DNA of 64,000 nucleotides. It comes from Smithellaceae bacterium. Its GTDB lineage: Bacteria > Desulfobacterota > Syntrophia > Syntrophales > Smithellaceae. The position numbers and the translations under genes are program-made. The notes below the pieces were generated by a model. That model was given only the letters and a program-made list of their open reading frames with translations. It had not been told where the DNA came from and did not search any database. This document shows, in pieces, positions 19,741 through 29,000 of the stretch (position 1 is the first letter of the stretch; every line of letters begins with the position of its first letter). The stretch spans positions 896,001-960,000 of the forward strand of contig CAXXVL010000001.1 in the NCBI GenBank assembly GCA_963667845.2, read 5' to 3'.

Positions 19741-22263
19741 ATGAAGCTCTGTCCTTTTTGCGCGGAAGAGATCAAGGAAGAAGCCATTAAGTGCCGTTAT
19801 TGCGGGTCGATGGTAAATGAGCCATTGCCCAGGAAAGGGGCGCCGGACCCGTTTGATGAGGCTGGACGGAAGACGGAATCCATCATTGCAGACCCCTTCG
19901 ACGAAGCACATCAGACTGTCACGATCATAGGAGCAGGCTATAAGATAGAAGACCGCTACGAGATCCTGTTCAAACTGGGAGAAGGGGGCATGGGGCAAGT
20001 GTTCCTGACGCAGGATACCCAGTTGGATAATGAACCCAGAGCCATTAAGATATTACCGGACCAGGTGCGCAATGATTTCAAGGCAGTGAACCGATTGAAG
20101 GATGAAGCCAAGATTACCATGTCGCTTTCCCACCCGAATATCGTGAAGCTGTATAACTATGGCAATGACGGGAAAGTACACTACCTGATCATGGAATATG
20201 TGAACGGGATCGACTTACTTACTTATACGGCCTTAAAAGGGAAGATAGCAGAGAAAGAAGTAAGAAGGATCGGGATAGAAGTAGCCAAAGCATTACAGAT
20301 AGCCCATGAATACAGACACCATAATAATGATAAAGGCATCATCCACCGGGACATCAAGCCGGCCAATATCCTGCTGGAGTCCAGAGACTTGGACATCAAA
20401 GCCATCAAAAGCAAGGGAACAAACCTGCAACAAAAAGATATACAAGATTTAACAGGCGCCACGGTAAAGCTGACCGACTTCGGGATAGCTCGTCAGGTAA
20501 GAGAGAGCATGAGCCGTTACAGCCGGGGAGACACATCAGGCACCCTTTTGTACATGTCACCGGAGCAGTATGAAAACAGAGGCGTGGACCATCGAAGTGA
20601 TTTGTACTCATTGGGAGTGACCCTTTATGAATTACTCTCCGGAGATCCTCCTTTTACCGGAGAGAGTATTTCCTACCAGATCATGAGCAGGAAACCCGAT
20701 CCGATCGAAGGGATCAGCGACGAATTCAACACGATCATCCTGAAACTGTTGGAGAAGGACAAGGAGAAGCGCTATCCCAACGCGGCGGAACTAATTGCCC
20801 AACTCTTCGGGAAAGCCGACAAAACCTTAAAGCACAAGAGTAATGAGCCGCAGGAGGACAAGCAGGAAGCCTCCCGGGAGAAACCGGAAGCATTCGGCGG
20901 GGATTGTTTTGTGACCATCCGGACCAGTGAAGACTGCCAGATCTGGATCGACGGACAACATGCCGGAGATACAAAGAACAAGAGCATCGTATTTAAGGAC
21001 TTAAGAAGCGGCAAGCATAATATAGAAGGAAGGACACCCTATCTTCGTGCTGTTATTGAAGAAGACTTCAAGCCGAAAGATGTCAAGAAGATTAATCTGG
21101 ACCTGAAAGAAATATTATGTGAACTGCGAGCCATTTCGGACGGGATCGAGTACGAGCTGACCATCGACGGGAAGACCCACGAATGCCCGGCCATAATTCA
21201 AGAAATCACGGCGGGCCGGAAGCAGATGACCGTTAAAACAAAAGACATCACCTTTACCGAAGAGATCGACATCAAGTCGGAATCCGAAAACGAATATGAC
21301 CTGACGTCGGAGCGGATAGCTGAAAGGAAAAAAAGGCTGATCAGCGGGATCAAGGGTATATTAGAAAAAGCGATTGAGACAAGAGCAGTAACAGGAAGCA
21401 ATATAGACGGAAAAATAGACGAACTGGCGAGACTGGACAGGAAGGAAGGCAAAACCTACAAAGACACAGTCAGCGCCTTACGAAGCCAGATCGAAGAAGA
21501 GAAACGTCAACAACGTACGTCTCTGGTAACTCTGTTAAAAGCGATCAACCAATCTATTCAGGGGAAGTCGACATTTAACAACACTATAGGAATGACATTT
21601 GTTCTTATTCCGGAAGGTACCTTCATAATGGGAAGCCGGTCAGGCATATTGGGTATCGGTGGCGAATCGGGAAGGGGTGACGATGAAACGCAGCATCAGG
21701 TGACCATAACGAAGTCATATTATATGCAGACAACGCCTGTGACACAGGAGCAATGGAAGGAAGTGATGGGGGATAATGCTTCAAAATTCAGAGGTAATGA
21801 TCAATTACCCGTAAGAAATGTATCCTGGAACGATGTCCAGAAATTCATCAAGAAGTTAAATACGCTGGAAGGAACGAACAAATACCGATTACCGTCGGAG
21901 GCCGAGTGGGAGTATGCGGCAAGGGCGGGGACAACGCGCGCCACATACGGGTCGATAGATGAGATTGCTTGGTATGGAGTAAACTCAGATAACGAAACCC
22001 ATCCGGTAGGTCAAAAGAGACCGAACGGTTGGGGTTTGTATGACATGCTGGGGAATGTCTGGGAGTGGGTTCAGGACGGGCACGATGATTATCCAACCGG
22101 CCCTGTTATCGACCCGACTGGCCCGAATTCAGGCTCCGGCCGGGTGTTTCGCGGCGGCAGCTGGAGCGACTACGGCAGTGGCTGCCGTTCGGCGAATCGA
22201 CACTATGGTTTCCCGGACATTCGCGGCTACGGTTTGGGGTTTCGCCTTGCCAGGACAATTTAG
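19741..22263 (+). CDS. Kinase K1: Zn-ribbon + Ser/Thr kinase + PEGA-like + FGE-sulfatase (CLec-fold) domain
   Basis: CPFC/CRYC; GEGGMG, AIK, HRDIKPAN, DFG, YMSPE; RLPSEAEWEYAARAG, GLYDMLGNVWEW, RGGSW, GFRLART. Start set to ATG 19741 by comparison with paralogs. Confidence 0.9.
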   Translation: MKLCPFCAEEIKEEAIKCRYCGSMVNEPLPRKGAPDPFDEAGRKTESIIADPFDEAHQTVTIIGAGYKIEDRYEILFKLGEGGMGQVFLTQDTQLDNEPRAIKILPDQVRNDFKAVNRLKDEAKITMSLSHPNIVKLYNYGNDGKVHYLIMEYVNGIDLLTYTALKGKIAEKEVRRIGIEVAKALQIAHEYRHHNNDKGIIHRDIKPANILLESRDLDIKAIKSKGTNLQQKDIQDLTGATVKLTDFGIARQVRESMSRYSRGDTSGTLLYMSPEQYENRGVDHRSDLYSLGVTLYELLSGDPPFTGESISYQIMSRKPDPIEGISDEFNTIILKLLEKDKEKRYPNAAELIAQLFGKADKTLKHKSNEPQEDKQEASREKPEAFGGDCFVTIRTSEDCQIWIDGQHAGDTKNKSIVFKDLRSGKHNIEGRTPYLRAVIEEDFKPKDVKKINLDLKEILCELRAISDGIEYELTIDGKTHECPAIIQEITAGRKQMTVKTKDITFTEEIDIKSESENEYDLTSERIAERKKRLISGIKGILEKAIETRAVTGSNIDGKIDELARLDRKEGKTYKDTVSALRSQIEEEKRQQRTSLVTLLKAINQSIQGKSTFNNTIGMTFVLIPEGTFIMGSRSGILGIGGESGRGDDETQHQVTITKSYYMQTTPVTQEQWKEVMGDNASKFRGNDQLPVRNVSWNDVQKFIKKLNTLEGTNKYRLPSEAEWEYAARAGTTRATYGSIDEIAWYGVNSDNETHPVGQKRPNGWGLYDMLGNVWEWVQDGHDDYPTGPVIDPTGPNSGSGRVFRGGSWSDYGSGCRSANRHYGFPDIRGYGLGFRLARTI
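19754..21506 (+). repeat. Kinase cassette type I, long copy (partner ~44719-46471; shorter copies 38684-39516 and ~42300-43248)
   Basis: Fixed offsets of 24965, 18748 and 22549 bp; identical or near-identical protein and antisense ORFs in the track. Confidence 0.9.
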
Positions 22264-22304
22264 GTTTTGGTCTTCTTTACATTTTCACTTTTTGGAGGGG
22301 CTTT

Positions 22305-22375
22305 GTGCAGGAGCCATCATGCTGATGGCTCCGAAAAGTGCTGGTTCAATCGAAGGACGATTGAACCAGCAAAAA
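22305..22375. repeat. Intergenic double-hairpin element A, copy 1 (others ~33904-33975, 44541-44610, 47846-47906, 61464-61535)
   Basis: GGAGCCATCA-tgc-TGATGGCTCC, then gaaaag, then TGCTGGTTCAATCG-aagga-CGATTGAACCAGCA. Confidence 0.8.
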
Positions 22376-22389
22376 GGAGAAACATAACC

Positions 22390-22469
22390 GTCATTGCGAG
22401 CCGATTCTCGATCGGCGTGGCAATCTAATTCCCGAGATTACTTTGGTCTCTGTACTCCCTCGCAATGAC
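22390..22469. repeat. REP-like palindromic element
   Basis: GTCATTGCGAG ... GCAATC ... CTCGCAATGAC terminal inverted repeat. Confidence 0.6.
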
Positions 22470-22659
22470 ATGACGACACAGTTTCGAGGGTGGAAATCGA
22501 TGATATCAAAGTCGTCCTGGATACCGGTTGGATGTTTGCCACATGAATGCGGGGCCGGTATGACGAACTGAAATGTATCGTGCGGTCAAGTGAGTTTTGG
22601 CTCCAGGTTGTCACTACGCCCGGATGCCTGTGGTTTCATAATTTGAAAGGAGAAGCACA

Positions 22660-23640
22660 ATGAAGCGAAGCTTATTTTATTTATTATTGGTCATCTGCCT
22701 GTTGTTTGGGGTTGCCGGCATCGCCGGAGCGGAAAGCGACCTGAAAATGCAGGCAATAAACGATCTGCAAAAAGCGGTTATCAAGGCCTTGCCCTCAGAG
22801 GGGAAAATCATCCGCATTGCGATCATGGATTTTGAAAATGATGACGGTTCGATCAGAAACGCGATTACCTCGGCAATCACGGAAAAAACGGCTTATAAAG
22901 TCATAGAACGCACGGATCTTGACGTTATCCTCAAGGAACAGGGGATGCAGTTAAAGGATATCATGGATGAAAAATCACGAATCCAGCATGGTAAAATCAA
23001 GGGTGTGCAGGGCGTGATCATGGGCAAGGTTCTGAACCGGGAAAGCGGCTTCATGTCTTATGCCATCCACATTCAGATGAAACTTGATGATGTGGAAAAA
23101 GGTGAAGTTATCTTTTCCAAAAATCTGGAGGGGAAAGCCGTATCGCCGTTACGCACATGGATGATCGGCATCGCTCTGGGCATTGTGGCGATCATTATCT
23201 TTTTTCTTTTACGCGCGCGCAGAACGGTTGTTGTAAAGGAGGAAAAGATTGTTGAGGATGTCAGGGAGCGTGAAGATCTGGCGTCGCACGTTAAGAAAGC
23301 GCTGTCTTGTGTTGCGGACGCGAAAGATCATCTGATGAAGAAGGGAAAAACCGAAACGGCCATAGAGCTCAAAGACCTGGAAAGGGAACTGATCTACCTC
23401 AAGGAGCAAGTGGAAAATGCCGCCAGGGGCAGCGTGGATCTCCGATCAAAGGCCGAGCTTCAGGAAGCCCTAGAAACCGACAGACGAAATAAAGACTATT
23501 TTGTAAATGTGGCGCAAAATGCCGACAGGTTGTATGAAACCGCACTGGTTGAAAATATGGGACAGTTGGAACGGGATATTGCTTCGCTCAAGAGATCGGT
23601 CAAGACAGCGGTCAATGAATTCAAAGAACGGAAAATATAA
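22660..23640 (+). CDS. Exported CsgG/HfaB-like domain + TM helix + cytoplasmic coiled coil
   Basis: Signal peptide; RIAIMDF..YKVIERTDLDVILKEQ..GKIKGV; hydrophobic WMIGIALGIVAIIIFFLL. Confidence 0.65.
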   Translation: MKRSLFYLLLVICLLFGVAGIAGAESDLKMQAINDLQKAVIKALPSEGKIIRIAIMDFENDDGSIRNAITSAITEKTAYKVIERTDLDVILKEQGMQLKDIMDEKSRIQHGKIKGVQGVIMGKVLNRESGFMSYAIHIQMKLDDVEKGEVIFSKNLEGKAVSPLRTWMIGIALGIVAIIIFFLLRARRTVVVKEEKIVEDVREREDLASHVKKALSCVADAKDHLMKKGKTETAIELKDLERELIYLKEQVENAARGSVDLRSKAELQEALETDRRNKDYFVNVAQNADRLYETALVENMGQLERDIASLKRSVKTAVNEFKERKI

Positions 23641-23667
23641 ATAAGCTGAAATGGCAGGAGGAAGACG

Positions 23668-25932
23668 ATGGACGCGATTGTAAAGTGCAGCAGGGGGCAT
23701 GAAAATGAAAAAGGCGCAAATTTCTGCAAGTTTTGTTCAGAACCGTTACCGGGCGGTAAGGTCAAATGTCAGCGTTGTGGCTACATGAGCGACAGCATAG
23801 CCAAGTTCTGCGTCAGTTGCGGATCGGCCATCAGGGACGCCGCTTCCTCGCCCGTGGAAGGGATGGTGTGGCAGAGAAATGTTGATGATTTTGCCACCCG
23901 GGTGGAAACAGCCGATCTGCCGGGTCTGCTGAAAAAAAATCTGATTGTGGAACATGGCACGAAGGCGTTGCTCTTTATCAATGGCGCTTATGCGGAAACA
24001 CTGACGGGTGGCATGTATGACATGGGCGGGCTGATCAGCAAACTTAAAAAATTTGAGCCCTACCGGTCGTGCACGGCCATTCTGATCGACGCCGGAGATA
24101 TGGAATTCAAATTTACAATCAACGGCGTTTACACCAAAGATCCCCTGGGAATAGATGTGTCCTGCACCTTTGTCCTGCAAGTAGATAATCCCATCTTTTT
24201 CTTCAATAATGTCATGAAGGGGAGAGACAACTATCCGGTGATTGACTTGCGTCAATCCCTCTATGACGAGTTGCATAATGTCATGAATGAAATCATCGGC
24301 AAAAAATCGGTCGGGGACCTTAACTGGGACCTGGCGCTGAAAAAGCAGTTTGAAGTAGCTGCGGAAAACCATCTGCGGACGACGTTCCAGCGTAGTGGTT
24401 TTAATCTGATTCAGTTCCGGACAATAGACTATAGATTTGGCCGCTACGATGAAGTCAGAGGAATCAATGAAGAGACTTTTCTCATGATTTCAGAAGAAGA
24501 CGCCAGGCTTTCCCGCAGAAAAAGGTTGTTCGACGTTTATAACGAAAATCAGCTGCAGGACATCTTTGAAGACACGCAAAAGACCGACCTGTATCGAAAA
24601 CGCTCGGCAGTAAAAATTGACCAGGCGAAAGCCGAAGCAGCCGAAAACATTGGCCTGAAAAATGTGGGTGCCGATATGGAAATTGACGAATGGGAACTGG
24701 CTGCCCGCACCAGGAGGCGGATGAAGGAGCATCTGCTTGATAAAACGAAAACAGACGAGGACATTGAAAAATATCTACTGGAAATCGAAAAAGGCAAACT
24801 GCTGCGGGAAGATGAAATAGAAGTTCTCAAGCGCAACCTGAACGAGAAAAATGTCGATCATGACATCCGCCGCGAACAGATGATTAAAAAACTGGAACTG
24901 GAGCAGACGCTTGAACTCAGACGCATTGAGACCATCGGCGAAGCGGATTTGAAGATGCTTGATCTGGAAAAAGAACTGACTTTCGAAGGCAAGCGCCTGA
25001 TGGGAAAGGAAGGGATTGAAAAGGACATTCTGCTTCTGCAGTTGCAGAAAAATGAGCTGCGGCTGAATGCAGAGTTGATGGAGCTGGAAAAAAAGGCTGC
25101 CGCTTCGCGCAGACAGCATTTAGACGATGAAATGCAGCGATTGAAGCTGGCGCGGGAACAATTCACTACCGATGCTGACAAGAAGAAAATCGACCTGGAA
25201 CTGGAAAAGCTAGAAACGGATATGTCGCTCGAAGCACTGACTAAAGTTAAGAAGATCAAGCGTGATGACGAGTATGAACGTCAGAAAATGGAATTGGAAA
25301 AAGAAGAAAAGAAAATAGATTTGGAGCTTAAAAGATTAAAAGAGATTCACGCTCAGGAATTAGCAAAAATAAAAGCGCAGTCTGATGCGGAATTGGCCAA
25401 AATAGAGGTGCTTTCCAAAGCGTCCGTGGAAGCCGTGATCAGCATGTCCGGCGTCGAGCAGGCGCAAATTATTGCCGGCCTGAAAGAAACGGAGGCCATG
25501 AAGGGGATGTCCGAGGAGCAGATTCTGGCTATGATGTCGGCCAAGTCGCCGGAGGTGGCCAAGGCCTTCCAGGAAAAGTACAAGGGCATGTCCAAAGAGG
25601 AATATGAGCGGCTCTATAAAATGATGATAGAGGAAAAGGACAAATCAAAAGATGAGATGAGCAAGCTTTTCGGGGAATTCATGGCGCGCAATGAACGGGA
25701 GCACACGCAGGCGCTAAAAACGGCTCAAGAGATAGCCATTGGCGTGTCACAGAGCGGAAGGCCCATGGGGCCGCAGGTGGTTTATCCGCCGCAAGCGCAG
25801 CCGGGCGCGTATTATCAACCGGGGGTGGGTATTACTGTTCCCGGGGTTGTGATTTGTGCAAATTGCCGGACACAGGTTACGCCACAGGCTGGAGTAGGAT
25901 TTTGTCCTAACTGCGGCAGGTCTGTCGTTTAA
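23668..25932 (+). CDS. Double Zn-ribbon + SPFH/band-7-like + coiled coil + C-terminal Zn-ribbon
   Basis: CSRGH/CKFC, CQRC/CVSC; LIVEHGTKALLFING..GMYD SPFH-like start; long E/K-rich helix; CANC..FCPNCG. Confidence 0.7.
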   Translation: MDAIVKCSRGHENEKGANFCKFCSEPLPGGKVKCQRCGYMSDSIAKFCVSCGSAIRDAASSPVEGMVWQRNVDDFATRVETADLPGLLKKNLIVEHGTKALLFINGAYAETLTGGMYDMGGLISKLKKFEPYRSCTAILIDAGDMEFKFTINGVYTKDPLGIDVSCTFVLQVDNPIFFFNNVMKGRDNYPVIDLRQSLYDELHNVMNEIIGKKSVGDLNWDLALKKQFEVAAENHLRTTFQRSGFNLIQFRTIDYRFGRYDEVRGINEETFLMISEEDARLSRRKRLFDVYNENQLQDIFEDTQKTDLYRKRSAVKIDQAKAEAAENIGLKNVGADMEIDEWELAARTRRRMKEHLLDKTKTDEDIEKYLLEIEKGKLLREDEIEVLKRNLNEKNVDHDIRREQMIKKLELEQTLELRRIETIGEADLKMLDLEKELTFEGKRLMGKEGIEKDILLLQLQKNELRLNAELMELEKKAAASRRQHLDDEMQRLKLAREQFTTDADKKKIDLELEKLETDMSLEALTKVKKIKRDDEYERQKMELEKEEKKIDLELKRLKEIHAQELAKIKAQSDAELAKIEVLSKASVEAVISMSGVEQAQIIAGLKETEAMKGMSEEQILAMMSAKSPEVAKAFQEKYKGMSKEEYERLYKMMIEEKDKSKDEMSKLFGEFMARNEREHTQALKTAQEIAIGVSQSGRPMGPQVVYPPQAQPGAYYQPGVGITVPGVVICANCRTQVTPQAGVGFCPNCGRSVV

Positions 25933-26002
25933 TCTTCATGTTGGAAAAAAATTTAATGAAGATAACCGAAGGAACCGCGATTACCAAGCGGAATAGCAGC
26001 CT

Positions 26003-29000
26003 ATGAAACAATGCCCCTTTTGCAAAGAAGAAATCAAGGATGAAGCCATCAAGTGCAGGCATTGCGGGTCGATACTGAACGAGCCAATGGCGGAAGGCCA
26101 ATCTTCGAATGCTGCTGCAAACCCCTTTTTATCATCGGAGCCGGACCCGTTTGACATGAATGATGGCCGGATAACGCAGACCAACCTTGATGCGGGGATG
26201 AAGATCGGCGACCGTTACCTGATCAGATTCCGGCTGGGCAGAGGGGGGATGGGCATAGTCTGCCTGACGGAAGACACGCAGCTCAATGGCGCCAGACGCG
26301 CGTTGAAGATCCTGCCGGATAAACTGGCTGAAGATGTGAATCAGGTGAACCGTTTAAAAGAAGAAGCCAGTCTGGCGATGGAGTTGAATCACCCCGGCAT
26401 TGTGAGATTATACAATTACGAGAACAGCGGGACGATCCATTACCTGATCATGGAATACGTGAACGGGATTGATTTAAATACCTATATCGGTGTGAAGAAG
26501 AAAGTCAGCGAACCGGAGGCAAGACGGATCGGGATAGAAATAGCGGAGGCCCTGCGGATACCCCATCGGCATAAACCGGCGGTTATTCATTGGGACATCA
26601 AGCCGTCGAACATCCTGCTGGAATGGCCGGATCTGGATGTAGAGCCGATTAAGCGAAAGAAGATTTCAGAAATCCGCGGGGAAGACATTCCGGAGATTAG
26701 TGAAGCCCGGATCAAACTGGCCGACTTCGGATTGGCGCGCCAAGTCCGAGACAGTATGAGCAGACTGGGTTTGATGGAGAACACATCGGGGACCTTATTG
26801 TACATGTCACCGGAGCAGATTCGCGGGAAGGGAATTGACACCCGGACGGACCTGTATTCATTGGGCGCGACATTATATGAGCTGTTATCGGGAAACCCGC
26901 CTTTTGTCGGCCCCACGGCGCGATACCAGATCCTGGAGGAGGCCCCTGAACCGATTGACGGCATCAGCGAAGAAATAAACGCCATCATTTTGCGCTTATT
27001 GGAGAAGGACAAGGAAAAACGTTTTCAGAGTGCCGAAGAGCTGCTGGCCTGTTTGCGGGGCGAAGACATATCGATCCTTTCGCCAGCGAAGAAGAGAAGC
27101 CCATCGATTGAAAGGATCATGGATGCCGGCGCCGTTTTGGGCGGAGACGGCTATCTGGCCGTCAGGGCCAGTGAAAACTGCTCAATCTGGATCGATGGCA
27201 TTTGGGTGGGGGAAACAAAAGACAGGCCCATCGTCTTTAAGGACATCAGAAGCGGCAGGCATAAAATTGAGGGACGAACAAGATACAGGCGAGCCCTTGA
27301 AGAAGTGGATTTCAAAACGAAAGATGTGAAGAGACTGAATCTGACGCTGCAGGATGTATTGTGTGATTTGCGGGCCATGTCGGACGGGATTGATTATGAA
27401 TTGACCCTGGATGGGAAAAGCCATGAATGTCCTAAGCTGATCGAGCAGATACCTGCCGGGCAAAAGAAAATAACCATCAAAGTCGGGGAATGTTTGTTTG
27501 AAGATCAAATTGAAATTCTGCCGGACGCCGCAACCGATTACGAACTGACCCGCGAACACCTGGATGCGGAAATCAAAATGCAGCGTATTCTGGAAACGGA
27601 AAATAAGCTCAAAGACGCTTTGATGAAGCGGGACCCGCAACTGGCAGCAAAACTCCAGCAGGAACTTGCCACGGATGGTGGTGATCTGGCAGGCAATTAC
27701 AGCGAGAAAATCAACACCCTCAAAGGAGAAATCGACAGAGAAAGGGCCATCGCAGGGACAACCCTAGAGCTGGACAGGCTGCTTGATCAAGGCAAGCTCA
27801 GCGGTGCGGATGGATTGATTAAGAAGCTTGCCGGGCTGGATATCAGGAAACAGCGGGACTATGTGGCAAAAGTTGAAAGCCTGAAAAAACAGCAAGCCAT
27901 CGCAGACATGAGCGGGAAGCTGGAGGCATGTCTTCAATCCGGAAAAATTGAAGAGGCCCGCGAACTGAATAAAAACCTGTCCGGGCTCGACCGGAAAAAA
28001 ACAAATATTTACAGTCAGAAGATAAACAAGCTTGCCGAAGAAATCAGACTGCGGGAAGTGGAATCCAGAACGGAAAAATTTGAGCGCGCCCTTGACAAGG
28101 AAAAATTTATCGATGCAGAGGAACTGGTGCGGGAGCTCGCTGCGCTCGATGAATACAAAGCACGGCTTTATCAGGCAAGGCTCATCGCGGCGGAAGAAAG
28201 AAAGATTGAACAGGCGCTGGGCGATAGAAATCCGGATACTGCCGGGAAGCTTGTTGAAGAGTTTACCGCGTTGGATAAGCAAGAAACTGACACATTTAAA
28301 CAGAAAATAGACAACCTTCGGGAAGACATTAAACGCAAAGAAGAGGAAGAGAAGAAGCGCAAAGCCATTGCCAAACTGACGATAAAACTTGACCGCATGC
28401 TGTCCGACGAAGGACCCGACAAGACCGAAGGGCTGATGGCGGAACTGACGGAACTGGATGCGGACATATCCCACGCCTATCAAAAGCAGATTGCATTGCT
28501 CCGGAACAAGATCAAGGCAGCCGCACTGGTCAAGTCTATTGAAAAAGCGCTCAAAAACAAAAATATTGAAGAGGCGGATGAATACTGCTGCGAGCTCAAA
28601 GCCATCGATGCCAGTCAATATGCCCTCTGCAGCAGCAAAGCGGACAGCCTGCGCTATGCACTGAAAAAAGAAGCGGAGGAACGAAGGAAAAAAGAAGAAT
28701 TTGCGCGGCTGGCAGCAAGCCTGGAAAGAGCGCTTTCCGAAATGAAAATCGCCGACGCGGAAACCGTCTGCGGGCGGCTGGAAATCCTCAATGGTAAAGA
28801 CGGCGCGGCATTTCGCGAAAAGATCAATGGGATTAAAAATAAGCTGCGGAAAGAGGCGGAAGAAAAACAAAGGCAGGAAAATATCGCCGATTTAGAGGAA
28901 CAATTGACGGAGCTGCTGGCCGCTGAAAAAGTTGAGGAAGCCCGCGAAGTGAATAGCCGCCTGATGAATTTGGATCCTGCAAAAGCCGAATCTTTCTCCA

